Assembly (NCBI GenBank): GCA_002686365.1
Contig: NZBZ01000020.1
Span: 55,484-119,483 of the forward strand
Source: a bacterium
GTDB lineage: Bacteria > Patescibacteriota > Minisyncoccia > UBA6257 > GWB1-50-10
Direction: 5' to 3'
Length of the DNA stretch: 64,000 nt
The stretch's first letter is position 1. Every line of letters begins with the position of its first letter. A program made the position numbers and the translations under genes. The notes below the pieces were generated by a model, which worked only from the letters and a program-made list of their open reading frames with translations, made no database searches and was not told the origin of the DNA. Below are positions 56,588-64,000 of the stretch, in pieces.

Positions 56588-57442
56588 TTACACCTCTCGT
56601 ATCTGTTTTCCTTCCACCTGGATTTTTTTCAAAACCAATTTTCCGTCCCGCACCTCACTTTTCAAAATCTTCACACGTTTATTCTTTGGCAAATTTAAAA
56701 GAGAAGAATCGTCTGTTTGAGTCCACGTGCCCGGCTCAGGATTCAAGGCTCTTATCATTCGGTCAATTTGTTCTGCTTTTTCTTTATCTCCATCCAGGGC
56801 AGCGCGTAAGTCATTACAAGGAATCTCTGCATCTGCCGAAGAGAACTTTTTTGTGAGAGTTGCATTTTTATGTTTCTGCTCTTTTGGTGTAATTTTTCCT
56901 TCCATAAATTTCGGCAATGTTTCAATAAGCATGTCCGCGCCAAGTTCGGCCAATTTATCACTAAGACTTGTGTACGTTTCATTAGAAATTAGAAATTGGA
57001 AATTGGAAATTTTGAGTATTGGCCCATGATCCATCTTCTCATCCATAAGCATAAGTGAAACTCCGGTCTTGTCGCCTCCATCCAGAATTGCGCTCTGAAT
57101 CGGCGTTGGCCCGCGATGCTTTGGCAAGAGGGAGGGATGGACATTTACTGAGCCCAAACGTGAAACATCCAAAACTTCCTTTGAAATCAGCTTTCCATAT
57201 GCTGCAACAACGAAAAAGTCATACTCCGCGTCAAAAAGAGAAGCATCAAGATCTTCGGGCTGAATGAGGGGTATGCCAAGTCGCGCTGCAGTATTTTTTA
57301 CAGGAGGAGCTGTCATAGTCTGCTTTCTCCCAGCCGGCTTATCAGGATTGGTAACCACAAGATCCGGCTTCATGTTGGCCTGAATCAGTTTATCAAGAAT
57401 AGTCGCGGCAAAGTCCGGTGTTCCGAAAAAAATGTATTTCAT
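56588..57442 (-). CDS. fmt: Methionyl-tRNA formyltransferase
   Basis: FFGTPDFA, VTNPDKP.GR, NVHPSLLP..RGPTP, RALNP.PG. Confidence 0.95.
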   Translation of the reverse strand: MKYIFFGTPDFAATILDKLIQANMKPDLVVTNPDKPAGRKQTMTAPPVKNTAARLGIPLIQPEDLDASLFDAEYDFFVVAAYGKLISKEVLDVSRLGSVNVHPSLLPKHRGPTPIQSAILDGGDKTGVSLMLMDEKMDHGPILKISNFQFLISNETYTSLSDKLAELGADMLIETLPKFMEGKITPKEQKHKNATLTKKFSSADAEIPCNDLRAALDGDKEKAEQIDRMIRALNPEPGTWTQTDDSSLLNLPKNKRVKILKSEVRDGKLVLKKIQVEGKQIREV

Positions 57443-57444
57443 AA

Positions 57445-57957
57445 TTACACAACAGGAGAATCCTTAGAAGGCTCCTCTTCTTTATGAAGATTTTTTGCTT
57501 TATCAATAAATAGCTCTCCATTAAGATGATCAATTTCATGCTGAAACACACGGGCAAGAAGTCCCCACGCCTTAATCTTCAATTTCTTTCCATAAGGGGA
57601 AAGGCCGGAAAGGGTAATATTTCGAGGGCGTAAAACATCTCCAAACCACTTAGGAATGCTAAGACATCCTTCTGTTAGGGACGACTTCTCCTCGGACGTT
57701 TTTACAATCTTCGGATTTATCACAGTGTAAAACTTCTTCTGCCCCTCCTTATTCGGAACTTCCGCAATAAAAAGCCGTTTAGAAACTCCAACCTGATTTG
57801 CTGAAAGACCTACGCCATGTACTTTTCGCATAGTTTTTCGCATATCTCGAATAAGCTGCTGAAGTTTTTTGTTGTCTTCCAAATCAAAATCCAGAGGAGA
57901 AACTGCGGTCCGCAAAAACTTATCATCAGACTTTTTCTTATTAGTGATAATTTTCAT
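57445..57957 (-). CDS. def: Peptide deformylase
   Basis: GVGLSANQVG, EGCLS, QHEIDHLNG. Confidence 0.95.
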   Translation of the reverse strand: MKIITNKKKSDDKFLRTAVSPLDFDLEDNKKLQQLIRDMRKTMRKVHGVGLSANQVGVSKRLFIAEVPNKEGQKKFYTVINPKIVKTSEEKSSLTEGCLSIPKWFGDVLRPRNITLSGLSPYGKKLKIKAWGLLARVFQHEIDHLNGELFIDKAKNLHKEEEPSKDSPVV

Positions 57958-57958
57958 T

Positions 57959-58246
57959 TTATTTCTTAGTAATTTTTCCTTCCTGCTTCTGCTTTTGAAA
58001 CACTCGCATAAAGTACGCCCCCCTATTTTTTATTCCCTGCCGCTCTGAAATGTCTTTTGCAAGGGTCAAAAGTGCCCGAGAATCATACTCTTTGGCAAGT
58101 TTGATGTAAAGCGATATATGGCCTTCATCGCCTAAAATCTTAGCAATTTCAAGCCCAATAAGCTGAAACGACTTATATACTCTGCTCTCTGCTTTGCGTT
58201 CCTTCAGAAGCTCAATATAGTTTTTGTCTTTTGGAACCTTCTTCAT
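57959..58246 (-). CDS. Hypothetical protein
   Basis: Abuts def in the same orientation; FQ..G...A..L.D..H.SLYIKL...GAYFM pattern. Start uncertain (58246 or 58270). Confidence 0.65.
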   Translation of the reverse strand: MKKVPKDKNYIELLKERKAESRVYKSFQLIGLEIAKILGDEGHISLYIKLAKEYDSRALLTLAKDISERQGIKNRGAYFMRVFQKQKQEGKITKK

Positions 58247-58346
58247 GGAAATATGTACGTTTGCTTTCATTGTAAAGTGAGATAAGAAGCAAATCAACGA
58301 AAAGCCGCATTGCAAATATTCCTGTATCTGATTTAATGAAAAGAAC

Positions 58347-59675
58347 GTGCGCGAAAAAACTCTACTTAAAGAAACAATGGGAAGTATAAAAAAACACAAA
58401 TGGGGAATAATAAGCTCGCTCATTGTAGCGGCAGCGCTTTTTTATGGAGGGTTTCAGTTAGGAGCAGTTCAGTCTCCTCCTGCTGCGCAGGAGCCTCAAG
58501 TTGAAGTCTCTTCAGACGGCCCGCTGGGAGTAAGCTCCACACTTCTTTGGGACGCAATAGATATTGTTAAGAACAAGTATATTCATATAGATGATGTAAA
58601 AGACGAAGACTTTCTTTATGGAACAATCAGGGGCGCTGTAAATGCATTAGGAGATCCATATACGACATTTCTAAATCCAAGCGATGCAAAAAAATTTGAT
58701 GAGGACATACGGGGAAACTTTGGTGGAATAGGAGCAGAAATCGGAAAACGAGACGGACAGCTTATTGTCGTATCGCCGTTAAAAGATAATCCAGCAGAAC
58801 GTGTTGGATTGAAGGCAGGAGACATTATCGTAAAAGTTGATGATACCCTCATGGCAGACTTCACAGTAGAAGAGGCTGTAAAGATTATTCGAGGGGAGGA
58901 GGGAACAGTAGTAACGCTTCTTATCATGCGAGAGGAATGGAATGAGGCAAAAGAATTTGAGATAACAAGAGCAACAGTCATAATACCTACGCTCGAATGG
59001 GAAATGATTGCCAGCCCCGGACAAGAGGACAAAAATATTGTCTATATCCAGCTTTACACATTCAATGCAAACGCATCCTCACTCTTTCGCGACGCAGTAA
59101 CTGAAGCACTCTTTTCAGGCACAAAAGGAGTTATACTCGATCTGAGAAATAATTCCGGAGGCTTCCTTGATGTTGCGATAAATCTTGCAGGATGGTTTAT
59201 AGACAAGGGCGATACAGTAACTGAAGAAAGATTCCGTTCCGGAGAATCCAGAGCTCTAGTGGCGAGGGGGAATGCAGCCCTTCGTAACTTACCAGTTGTA
59301 GTCTTGGTAAATGGCGGGTCTGCCTCAGCATCAGAGATTCTCGCAGGAGCTTTGCGCGATCTTCGGGGAGCAAAACTTGTAGGAGAAAAAACATTTGGGA
59401 AGGGATCTGTGCAGGAGCTGGAAACGCTAAAAGACGGATCCACGCTGAAAATCTCGACAGCTGAATGGCTTACACCAGCAGGGCATTCTATAGATAAAGA
59501 AGGGCTGGAGCCGGATATAGAAGTAGCGCTTGAGGAGCCCGCAGAGGGAGAAGAGTTTGAAGATGCGCAGTTAAAGAAAGCGATTGAGGTAATTACGCCA
59601 ATGTTAGGACAGGCAGCGCCGCCGCCGCTTGTTATTGAATACGTTGATCTGCGAAGCGCAACCTCATCAGAGTAA
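58347..59675 (+). CDS. S41 carboxyl-terminal processing protease
   Basis: DPYT, GIGAEI, PDZ domain, DLRNN.GG, SASASEI, TFGKGSVQ. Confidence 0.93.
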   Translation: MREKTLLKETMGSIKKHKWGIISSLIVAAALFYGGFQLGAVQSPPAAQEPQVEVSSDGPLGVSSTLLWDAIDIVKNKYIHIDDVKDEDFLYGTIRGAVNALGDPYTTFLNPSDAKKFDEDIRGNFGGIGAEIGKRDGQLIVVSPLKDNPAERVGLKAGDIIVKVDDTLMADFTVEEAVKIIRGEEGTVVTLLIMREEWNEAKEFEITRATVIIPTLEWEMIASPGQEDKNIVYIQLYTFNANASSLFRDAVTEALFSGTKGVILDLRNNSGGFLDVAINLAGWFIDKGDTVTEERFRSGESRALVARGNAALRNLPVVVLVNGGSASASEILAGALRDLRGAKLVGEKTFGKGSVQELETLKDGSTLKISTAEWLTPAGHSIDKEGLEPDIEVALEEPAEGEEFEDAQLKKAIEVITPMLGQAAPPPLVIEYVDLRSATSSE

Positions 59676-59780
59676 TGAATCCCTCACATAACATACAATG
59701 GAAGTTACACACATATTGTCGAGAGCTTTATAATATCGAGCGCACAATTTTAGGTGCGTAGGGTTTATGTGAGGGATGAA
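59675..59780 (+). mobile_element. 96-bp MITE-like palindromic element on the rplI start codon (copy 2)
   Basis: ATGAA-TCCCTCACATAA...TTATGTGAGGG-ATGAA; first 29 nt identical to the reverse complement of the 16295-16400 copy. Confidence 0.85.
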
Positions 59781-60216
59781 AGTAATACTACTACAAGACG
59801 TAAAGGGCACAGGAAAGGCGCGTGATATAAAAGACGTATCTGACGGGCATGCCCGCAACTTTTTGATTCCAAGGGGTCTTGCAGAAGCTGCAACAAAAGA
59901 AAAAAGAGTAAAAGCAGAAGAAGAAAAAGAAGCAGAAGAAAAAGCACTCAAGAAGAGTACTGAAGAGAAGCATGGAAAGGTAAAGGAAATTGAAAAAGAA
60001 AATCTGGAATTTTTATTAAAGGCTGAAGAGGGCGGGGAGCCGTTCGGATCAGTAACATCACATGACATAGAGACTGCGCTTGAGAAAAAAGGATATGAGG
60101 GAGTAAAAATAAAACAAGAGAAGCCGATTAAGACATTTGGAAAGCATGAAATCGAATTTAATATGGGCAGTGGAGTAAAAGGAAGGCTGAAGATCGAAGT
60201 GAAGGCTGAAGAATAA
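59776..60216 (+). CDS. rplI: 50S ribosomal protein L9
   Basis: [12 protein letters not shown]...[26 protein letters not shown]. Confidence 0.95.
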   Translation: MKVILLQDVKGTGKARDIKDVSDGHARNFLIPRGLAEAATKEKRVKAEEEKEAEEKALKKSTEEKHGKVKEIEKENLEFLLKAEEGGEPFGSVTSHDIETALEKKGYEGVKIKQEKPIKTFGKHEIEFNMGSGVKGRLKIEVKAEE

Positions 60217-60252
60217 ACCCCTCACTCTTGCGCGGCAAGGGTAAGGGACAAG

Positions 60253-60282
60253 CAATAAAGTCCCGTTAGCGGGACTTTATTG
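60253..60282. terminator. Hairpin overlapping the rpmA stop codon
   Basis: Perfect 13-bp stem CAATAAAGTCCCG-TTAG-CGGGACTTTATTG. Confidence 0.7.
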
Positions 60283-60544
60283 TTACAAACTTTTTAGATG
60301 CTCGAGATCCGTCAAATCGGGCCTTCCGTCTAGTCTGGAATTGAACAGTACCATCCTTTAGGGCGTAAAGAGTATCGTCTGATCCTCGTTTAACATTTTC
60401 ACCTGCATGGAATTTTGTGCCGCGCTGACGAATAATAATCTCACCAGCCCGAACCTTCTGCCCTCCAAACAGCTTTACTCCAAGCCGTTTTGATTCAGAG
60501 TCTCGTCCGAGTTTTGTAGATCCTTTTGCTTTTGTATGCGCCAT
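60266..60544 (-). CDS. rpmA: 50S ribosomal protein L27
   Basis: [24 protein letters not shown]...[19 protein letters not shown]. Confidence 0.97.
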   Translation of the reverse strand: MAHTKAKGSTKLGRDSESKRLGVKLFGGQKVRAGEIIIRQRGTKFHAGENVKRGSDDTLYALKDGTVQFQTRRKARFDGSRASKKFVTIKSR

Positions 60545-60717
60545 AATTCTACGAATTTTGGAGAGGGGCGATCAAAATTCGTTAAGAATTATGAGCGTCC
60601 CGATGCAATGTGGAGCATTGCAGAGGGACTTTCGAACGCACTCTCCAAAACTATGAGCACCCTGATGTAATGCAACGCATTACAGAAGGGATGCAGTTTG
60701 TATTTTTAAGCTTTTAA

Positions 60718-60745
60718 ATTCTACCAGAATCGAAACATCTGTCAA
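60718..60745 (-). promoter_or_regulatory. Sigma70 promoter for rpmA
   Basis: TTGACA-16 nt-TAGAAT on the minus strand. Confidence 0.6.
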
Positions 60746-60802
60746 CAAGCTGTTACTCGCTTCCCATTACTCGTTATTTTGTAACCTGATATAATATAGA
60801 AC

Positions 60803-61399
60803 ATGATGAGTGAACAGACAAAAATAGCAATATTTTCAGGAATTATTATTGGAATAATAATAACTGTAGGCGTGATAGCAGTGATAAATAGAGAAGAGAT
60901 TTTTCCAACTGAAAATCAGGAACAGGAAGAGGCGTCAGAGCAGATAGTAGAAGACCCCAATGCACTCCCCACAGTAGATGGAGGAACACGTGAGCGCATA
61001 CAGGAAATTATTGAAACTCCAGAACCGGGAAGTACAGCAGAAGAAGACATAGCAATTCCTCGATACGCAGCGCCAGCCGGCAAAAAAGGAGAATCAGCGC
61101 TTCGAACATTTGATATTAAGGTAGAGTCGAATGCATTTATTCCCTCTACAATAGTCGTAGATGAGAAGGATTTAGTAAAACTGGAGATAACTGCACAAGA
61201 CGCTGATTATGACATCTTCTTTCCCGATCTTGGAGTCTTCAAGGAGCTCCCGCAGGGGAAACTTGTAAAACTTCAAATTCAGGCCTATCCATTTGGAAAG
61301 TATCAGTTTTTCTGTAAGAACGCATGTGATGAGGAGGTGAAGGGAACTCTGATAGCTAATGAAATAGAAGTAGGAGAAACAGACACAGTATTAGAATAA
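60803..61399 (+). CDS. Membrane-anchored cupredoxin-fold protein
   Basis: TM anchor; F.PSTIVV...D.V.L; G.Y.FFC...C. Confidence 0.75.
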   Translation: MMSEQTKIAIFSGIIIGIIITVGVIAVINREEIFPTENQEQEEASEQIVEDPNALPTVDGGTRERIQEIIETPEPGSTAEEDIAIPRYAAPAGKKGESALRTFDIKVESNAFIPSTIVVDEKDLVKLEITAQDADYDIFFPDLGVFKELPQGKLVKLQIQAYPFGKYQFFCKNACDEEVKGTLIANEIEVGETDTVLE

Positions 61400-61406
61400 C
61401 GAAAAC

Positions 61407-61574
61407 GTGATTCGCGCATTTTTTAACTGGATAAAAGAACGCAAAGAGTGGGTTCTTTTTTTTACAATATTTGGGCTCCTCCTTCTTTTAAGTTTTAGCG
61501 CCGGCTTTCTGATTGGCAAACAGGAGCTCTCTCCGATTATTATTGAAAAGAATTCAAGCAGTACCACGCCCTAG
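61407..61574 (+). CDS. Small membrane protein (55 aa, below ORF-track cutoff)
   Basis: GTG start, one TM segment, LSFSAGFLIG...PIIIEK; fills the gap between co-oriented genes. Confidence 0.65.
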   Translation: MIRAFFNWIKERKEWVLFFTIFGLLLLLSFSAGFLIGKQELSPIIIEKNSSSTTP

Positions 61575-61620
61575 ATTATTTCAAATACATTATTCTAAAG
61601 ATGTTTGCTATAATGAACAC

Positions 61621-62163
61621 ATGACACCGCGTCAAAAAATTACGCTTATTGTTTCAGTGGTTGTTGTTCTTGCGCTTGTAATCGTAGGCAGTCTCGCAAG
61701 AAGAGGTGAAGAAGCAGAACCAGAGCCGGAAATAGGAAATGGAACAGAAAAAGTAGTACTGCAGGATGAAAAGAACATTGACGCGCCTGAAGTAATAGAA
61801 AAAGAAAAAATATTTACTCCAGAAATACCTAAATTCGTTACGCCAACTAAACCAAAAAAAGAATCTCCTGCAAATGAAAAAATGGGAATCAGTTTCGGGT
61901 TATATGAAATTAAAGTAGATAAAAATGGATTTACGCCCAACAGCATCGCTGTAAATAAAGGAGACATTATAGATCTGAAAATTCAGGCAGTTGATGATGA
62001 CTATGATTTTGTAATTCTATATTACGGAGCATATATCTTGATAGAGAAGGGGACCACTGGGACATTAAGCTTTGGAGCAACTGATACAGGAACAATTATG
62101 TTCACATGCCGCGATCTGTGCCCGAACGAGGGAAAGAAAGGAGAGTTTATCGTTATTCCATAA
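61621..62163 (+). CDS. Membrane-anchored cupredoxin-fold protein (paralog of 60803)
   Basis: Start MTPRQK 6 nt after TG-N-TATAAT; FTPNSIAV.KGD, FTCRDLC. Confidence 0.75.
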   Translation: MTPRQKITLIVSVVVVLALVIVGSLARRGEEAEPEPEIGNGTEKVVLQDEKNIDAPEVIEKEKIFTPEIPKFVTPTKPKKESPANEKMGISFGLYEIKVDKNGFTPNSIAVNKGDIIDLKIQAVDDDYDFVILYYGAYILIEKGTTGTLSFGATDTGTIMFTCRDLCPNEGKKGEFIVIP

Positions 62164-62263
62164 ATATCAATATGTAGAAATATCGACATATCGAGATATC
62201 AAAATATCAAAATATCAACATATCGAAATATCAATATATCAACATATCGATACATCGAAATAT
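62164..62263 (+). repeat. 8-mer tandem repeat ATATC(G/A)AN, left flank of the four-helix-bundle gene
   Basis: About 10 contiguous units from 62180. Confidence 0.92.
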
Positions 62264-62267
62264 AAAA

Positions 62268-62744
62268 ATGGTTTCAATAGAAAAATTCGAAGATTTAATA
62301 TGTTGGAAAAAATCAAGAGAGTTAGCAAATTTCATATATGATATAACGGACAAATCAGAGTGGAAGGATTTCGACTTGAGAAGGCAAATTCGAAGAGCAG
62401 CAACTTCTCCAATGTCAAACATTGCAGAGGGATTCGACAGAGGCACAAGAAACGAGTTTGTTGACGCGCTGTTTATCGCAAAAGGAGAAGCCGGAGAAGT
62501 AAGAAGTCAGCTATATATCGCATATGATAGAAAGTTTATAAACGAAGAAATGTTAAAAAGAGGACAAGGGCTCACCGATGAGTGCTCAAGACTGATTCAA
62601 AGCTTCACTCACAAAGTAAAAGGAGGTTCTAGGAGGGGATTACAGTTCAAGCAAGTAAAGAAGCCAGACCAAATAACAACATTGTTTAAAAAAGAATTTC
62701 CAGATGCCTATAAAGAAATGAACAAAAACAGACAGGATATATAA
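62268..62744 (+). CDS. Four helix bundle protein (23S rRNA-IVP / bAvd-like family)
   Basis: FEDLICWKKSREL...QIRRAA.S.MSNIAEGF.R....EF...L.IAKG..GE..SQL. Confidence 0.92.
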   Translation: MVSIEKFEDLICWKKSRELANFIYDITDKSEWKDFDLRRQIRRAATSPMSNIAEGFDRGTRNEFVDALFIAKGEAGEVRSQLYIAYDRKFINEEMLKRGQGLTDECSRLIQSFTHKVKGGSRRGLQFKQVKKPDQITTLFKKEFPDAYKEMNKNRQDI

Positions 62745-62754
62745 TAAAAATAGC

Positions 62755-62826
62755 AAAATATCGATATATCGATATATCGATATATCGACATATGAATATG
62801 TCAAAATATCGAAATATCAACATATA
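62755..62826 (+). repeat. 8-mer tandem repeat ATATCGAT, right flank of the four-helix-bundle gene
   Basis: ATATCGAT x3 followed by degenerate units. Confidence 0.9.
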
Positions 62827-62837
62827 GGCATAGAAAA

Positions 62838-64000
62838 ATGAAACGCAATATACACACAAGAGTACTAATGCTAAGCGCAGCAGCACTTCTTGCTGTAGTT
62901 GGAATACAAGTGCAAGCTGCCTTCCAAGGGCCTCCTGCAGGAATAAATCCTCCAAATGGAGGAGGATTGTTTGGCCTAGATCCAAATAGAAATATAGAAT
63001 TTTTTGATATTCAGACCGAGAGCGCAAACGCAACGCCGGAAACTCAGCGTGCAGATGGCACAAAATGGGGGAGAATCTTCATGATAACCTCCAGCAGTAA
63101 CCCAGGCATAGGATTGAAAAATCTTACATCCGGAAAGAGATACATTTTAAGTGCTGAAAACGACGGCCAACTTGCTATCTGGGATGATACTGCAGGAGCA
63201 ATTAGGCTGCATATTGAAAGCAACGGCAACATAGGAATCGGGAGTACGAATACTGCGATAGATGTACTGCATGTTTTTGGAAATGCCAAGGCAGAAGAAT
63301 TTAGAGGAAGAATCTCCGCAGGATATGTAACTGGCGGCGTCGTATTCGGCTCCCTTACTACGCAAGTATCAGCCTATGCGTTTCCAACTGCAGTAGGAGT
63401 TGGAACAACTTCTGCAGGAGGAATACAGGCAGACGCATTGTATGTTGCCGGCAATGTAGGCATAGGAACAAAAGACCCTCAAGATAAGATTGATATTCGG
63501 GGGGCAGCAGGAGGAGGAATCACAATCGAAGGAACAGCGCCAGGCATCCGTTTTGGCACAGATGCTGCTCTTGGGTATGCAACCCTAGATAATCACTATT
63601 CTACAAATGCAACCCCTGGAGACATAGTACTGCGGGCAGACACTGATGATGATGTAATTTTCACATCAGGATCAAGAGCTGCGCAGCTCATAGTAAAAGG
63701 AGATACAGGAAATATAGGAATTGGCATGGCAAGTCCAGGAGCAAAGCTTGTAGTTCGAGCTAATTCAGGCATAGATGATGGTATTCATGTACAAAATAAT
63801 GGAGGCACAAATGTTGCAACACTGCAGGCAGAAAATATAGATTCAGGATTTTTAAGATTATATGACGGTCCGACACAGAATGTTTTAATGAGTGGAGAAA
63901 CTGGCGGAGTGAGTTTTATAAATTCCGGAAGAGTAGGCATAGGCACTACAGCTCCAGTAACAAAACTTGAGGTTGCAGGAGACATTGTAGGAGACACATT
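62838..64000 (+). CDS. Large secreted GNVGIGT-repeat (tail-fibre/adhesin-like) protein, 3' truncated by window edge
   Basis: Not in the ORF track. Frame reads open from ATG 62838: signal peptide, then GNIGIGS, GNVGIGT.DP, GNIGIGM.SP..KL.V, GRVGIGTT.P..KLEV.G. Confidence 0.85.
   Translation, partial: MKRNIHTRVLMLSAAALLAVVGIQVQAAFQGPPAGINPPNGGGLFGLDPNRNIEFFDIQTESANATPETQRADGTKWGRIFMITSSSNPGIGLKNLTSGKRYILSAENDGQLAIWDDTAGAIRLHIESNGNIGIGSTNTAIDVLHVFGNAKAEEFRGRISAGYVTGGVVFGSLTTQVSAYAFPTAVGVGTTSAGGIQADALYVAGNVGIGTKDPQDKIDIRGAAGGGITIEGTAPGIRFGTDAALGYATLDNHYSTNATPGDIVLRADTDDDVIFTSGSRAAQLIVKGDTGNIGIGMASPGAKLVVRANSGIDDGIHVQNNGGTNVATLQAENIDSGFLRLYDGPTQNVLMSGETGGVSFINSGRVGIGTTAPVTKLEVAGDIVGDT

Noticed and set aside
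62268-64000. Diversity-generating retroelement
   Set aside because: The protein is Avd-like, but no reverse transcriptase or template/variable repeat pair with adenine-specific mismatches is visible in the window.
1-64000. Alternative genetic code (TGA recoded)
   Set aside because: Conserved genes are full length under code 11, TGA ends several of them, and an SPF-type RF2 is present.

Overview
64 kb of an AT-rich bacterial chromosome read in standard code 11. Gene content and order (compact genes, short prfB, ftsEX, def/fmt, S41 peptidase-rplI-rpmA, GNVGIGT-repeat surface protein, few Shine-Dalgarno sites) suggest Patescibacteria/Parcubacteria; this is an inference. Bases 1-50.9 kb are a very large surface-polysaccharide locus: carbamoyltransferase module, gmd, split transketolase, heptose kinase, GmhB-nucleotidyltransferase fusion, three FkbM methyltransferases, many GT2/GT4 enzymes, wecB, an asnB-type amidotransferase, wzx and a priming transferase. 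Redox and housekeeping genes and two tRNAs follow. The most notable unexplained signal is a family of short palindromic elements of the form ATGAA-TCCC...GGG-ATGAA. There are four complete copies and one orphan end. Three copies sit exactly on host start codons and regenerate them through an ATGA stop/start overlap, and one of these consists entirely of a GIY-YIG nuclease gene. Other highlights: (1) a self-complementary 8-mer repeat family that brackets a four-helix-bundle gene and wecB and also invades a coding sequence; (2) a tandem array of three promoter-leader-terminator small-RNA-like units; (3) a tRNA-Thr nested between the two ends of another tRNA; (4) a split, Cys-less PEP-utilising/ATP-grasp/HAD module. 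All calls come from reading sequence and motifs by eye; no database searches were run.
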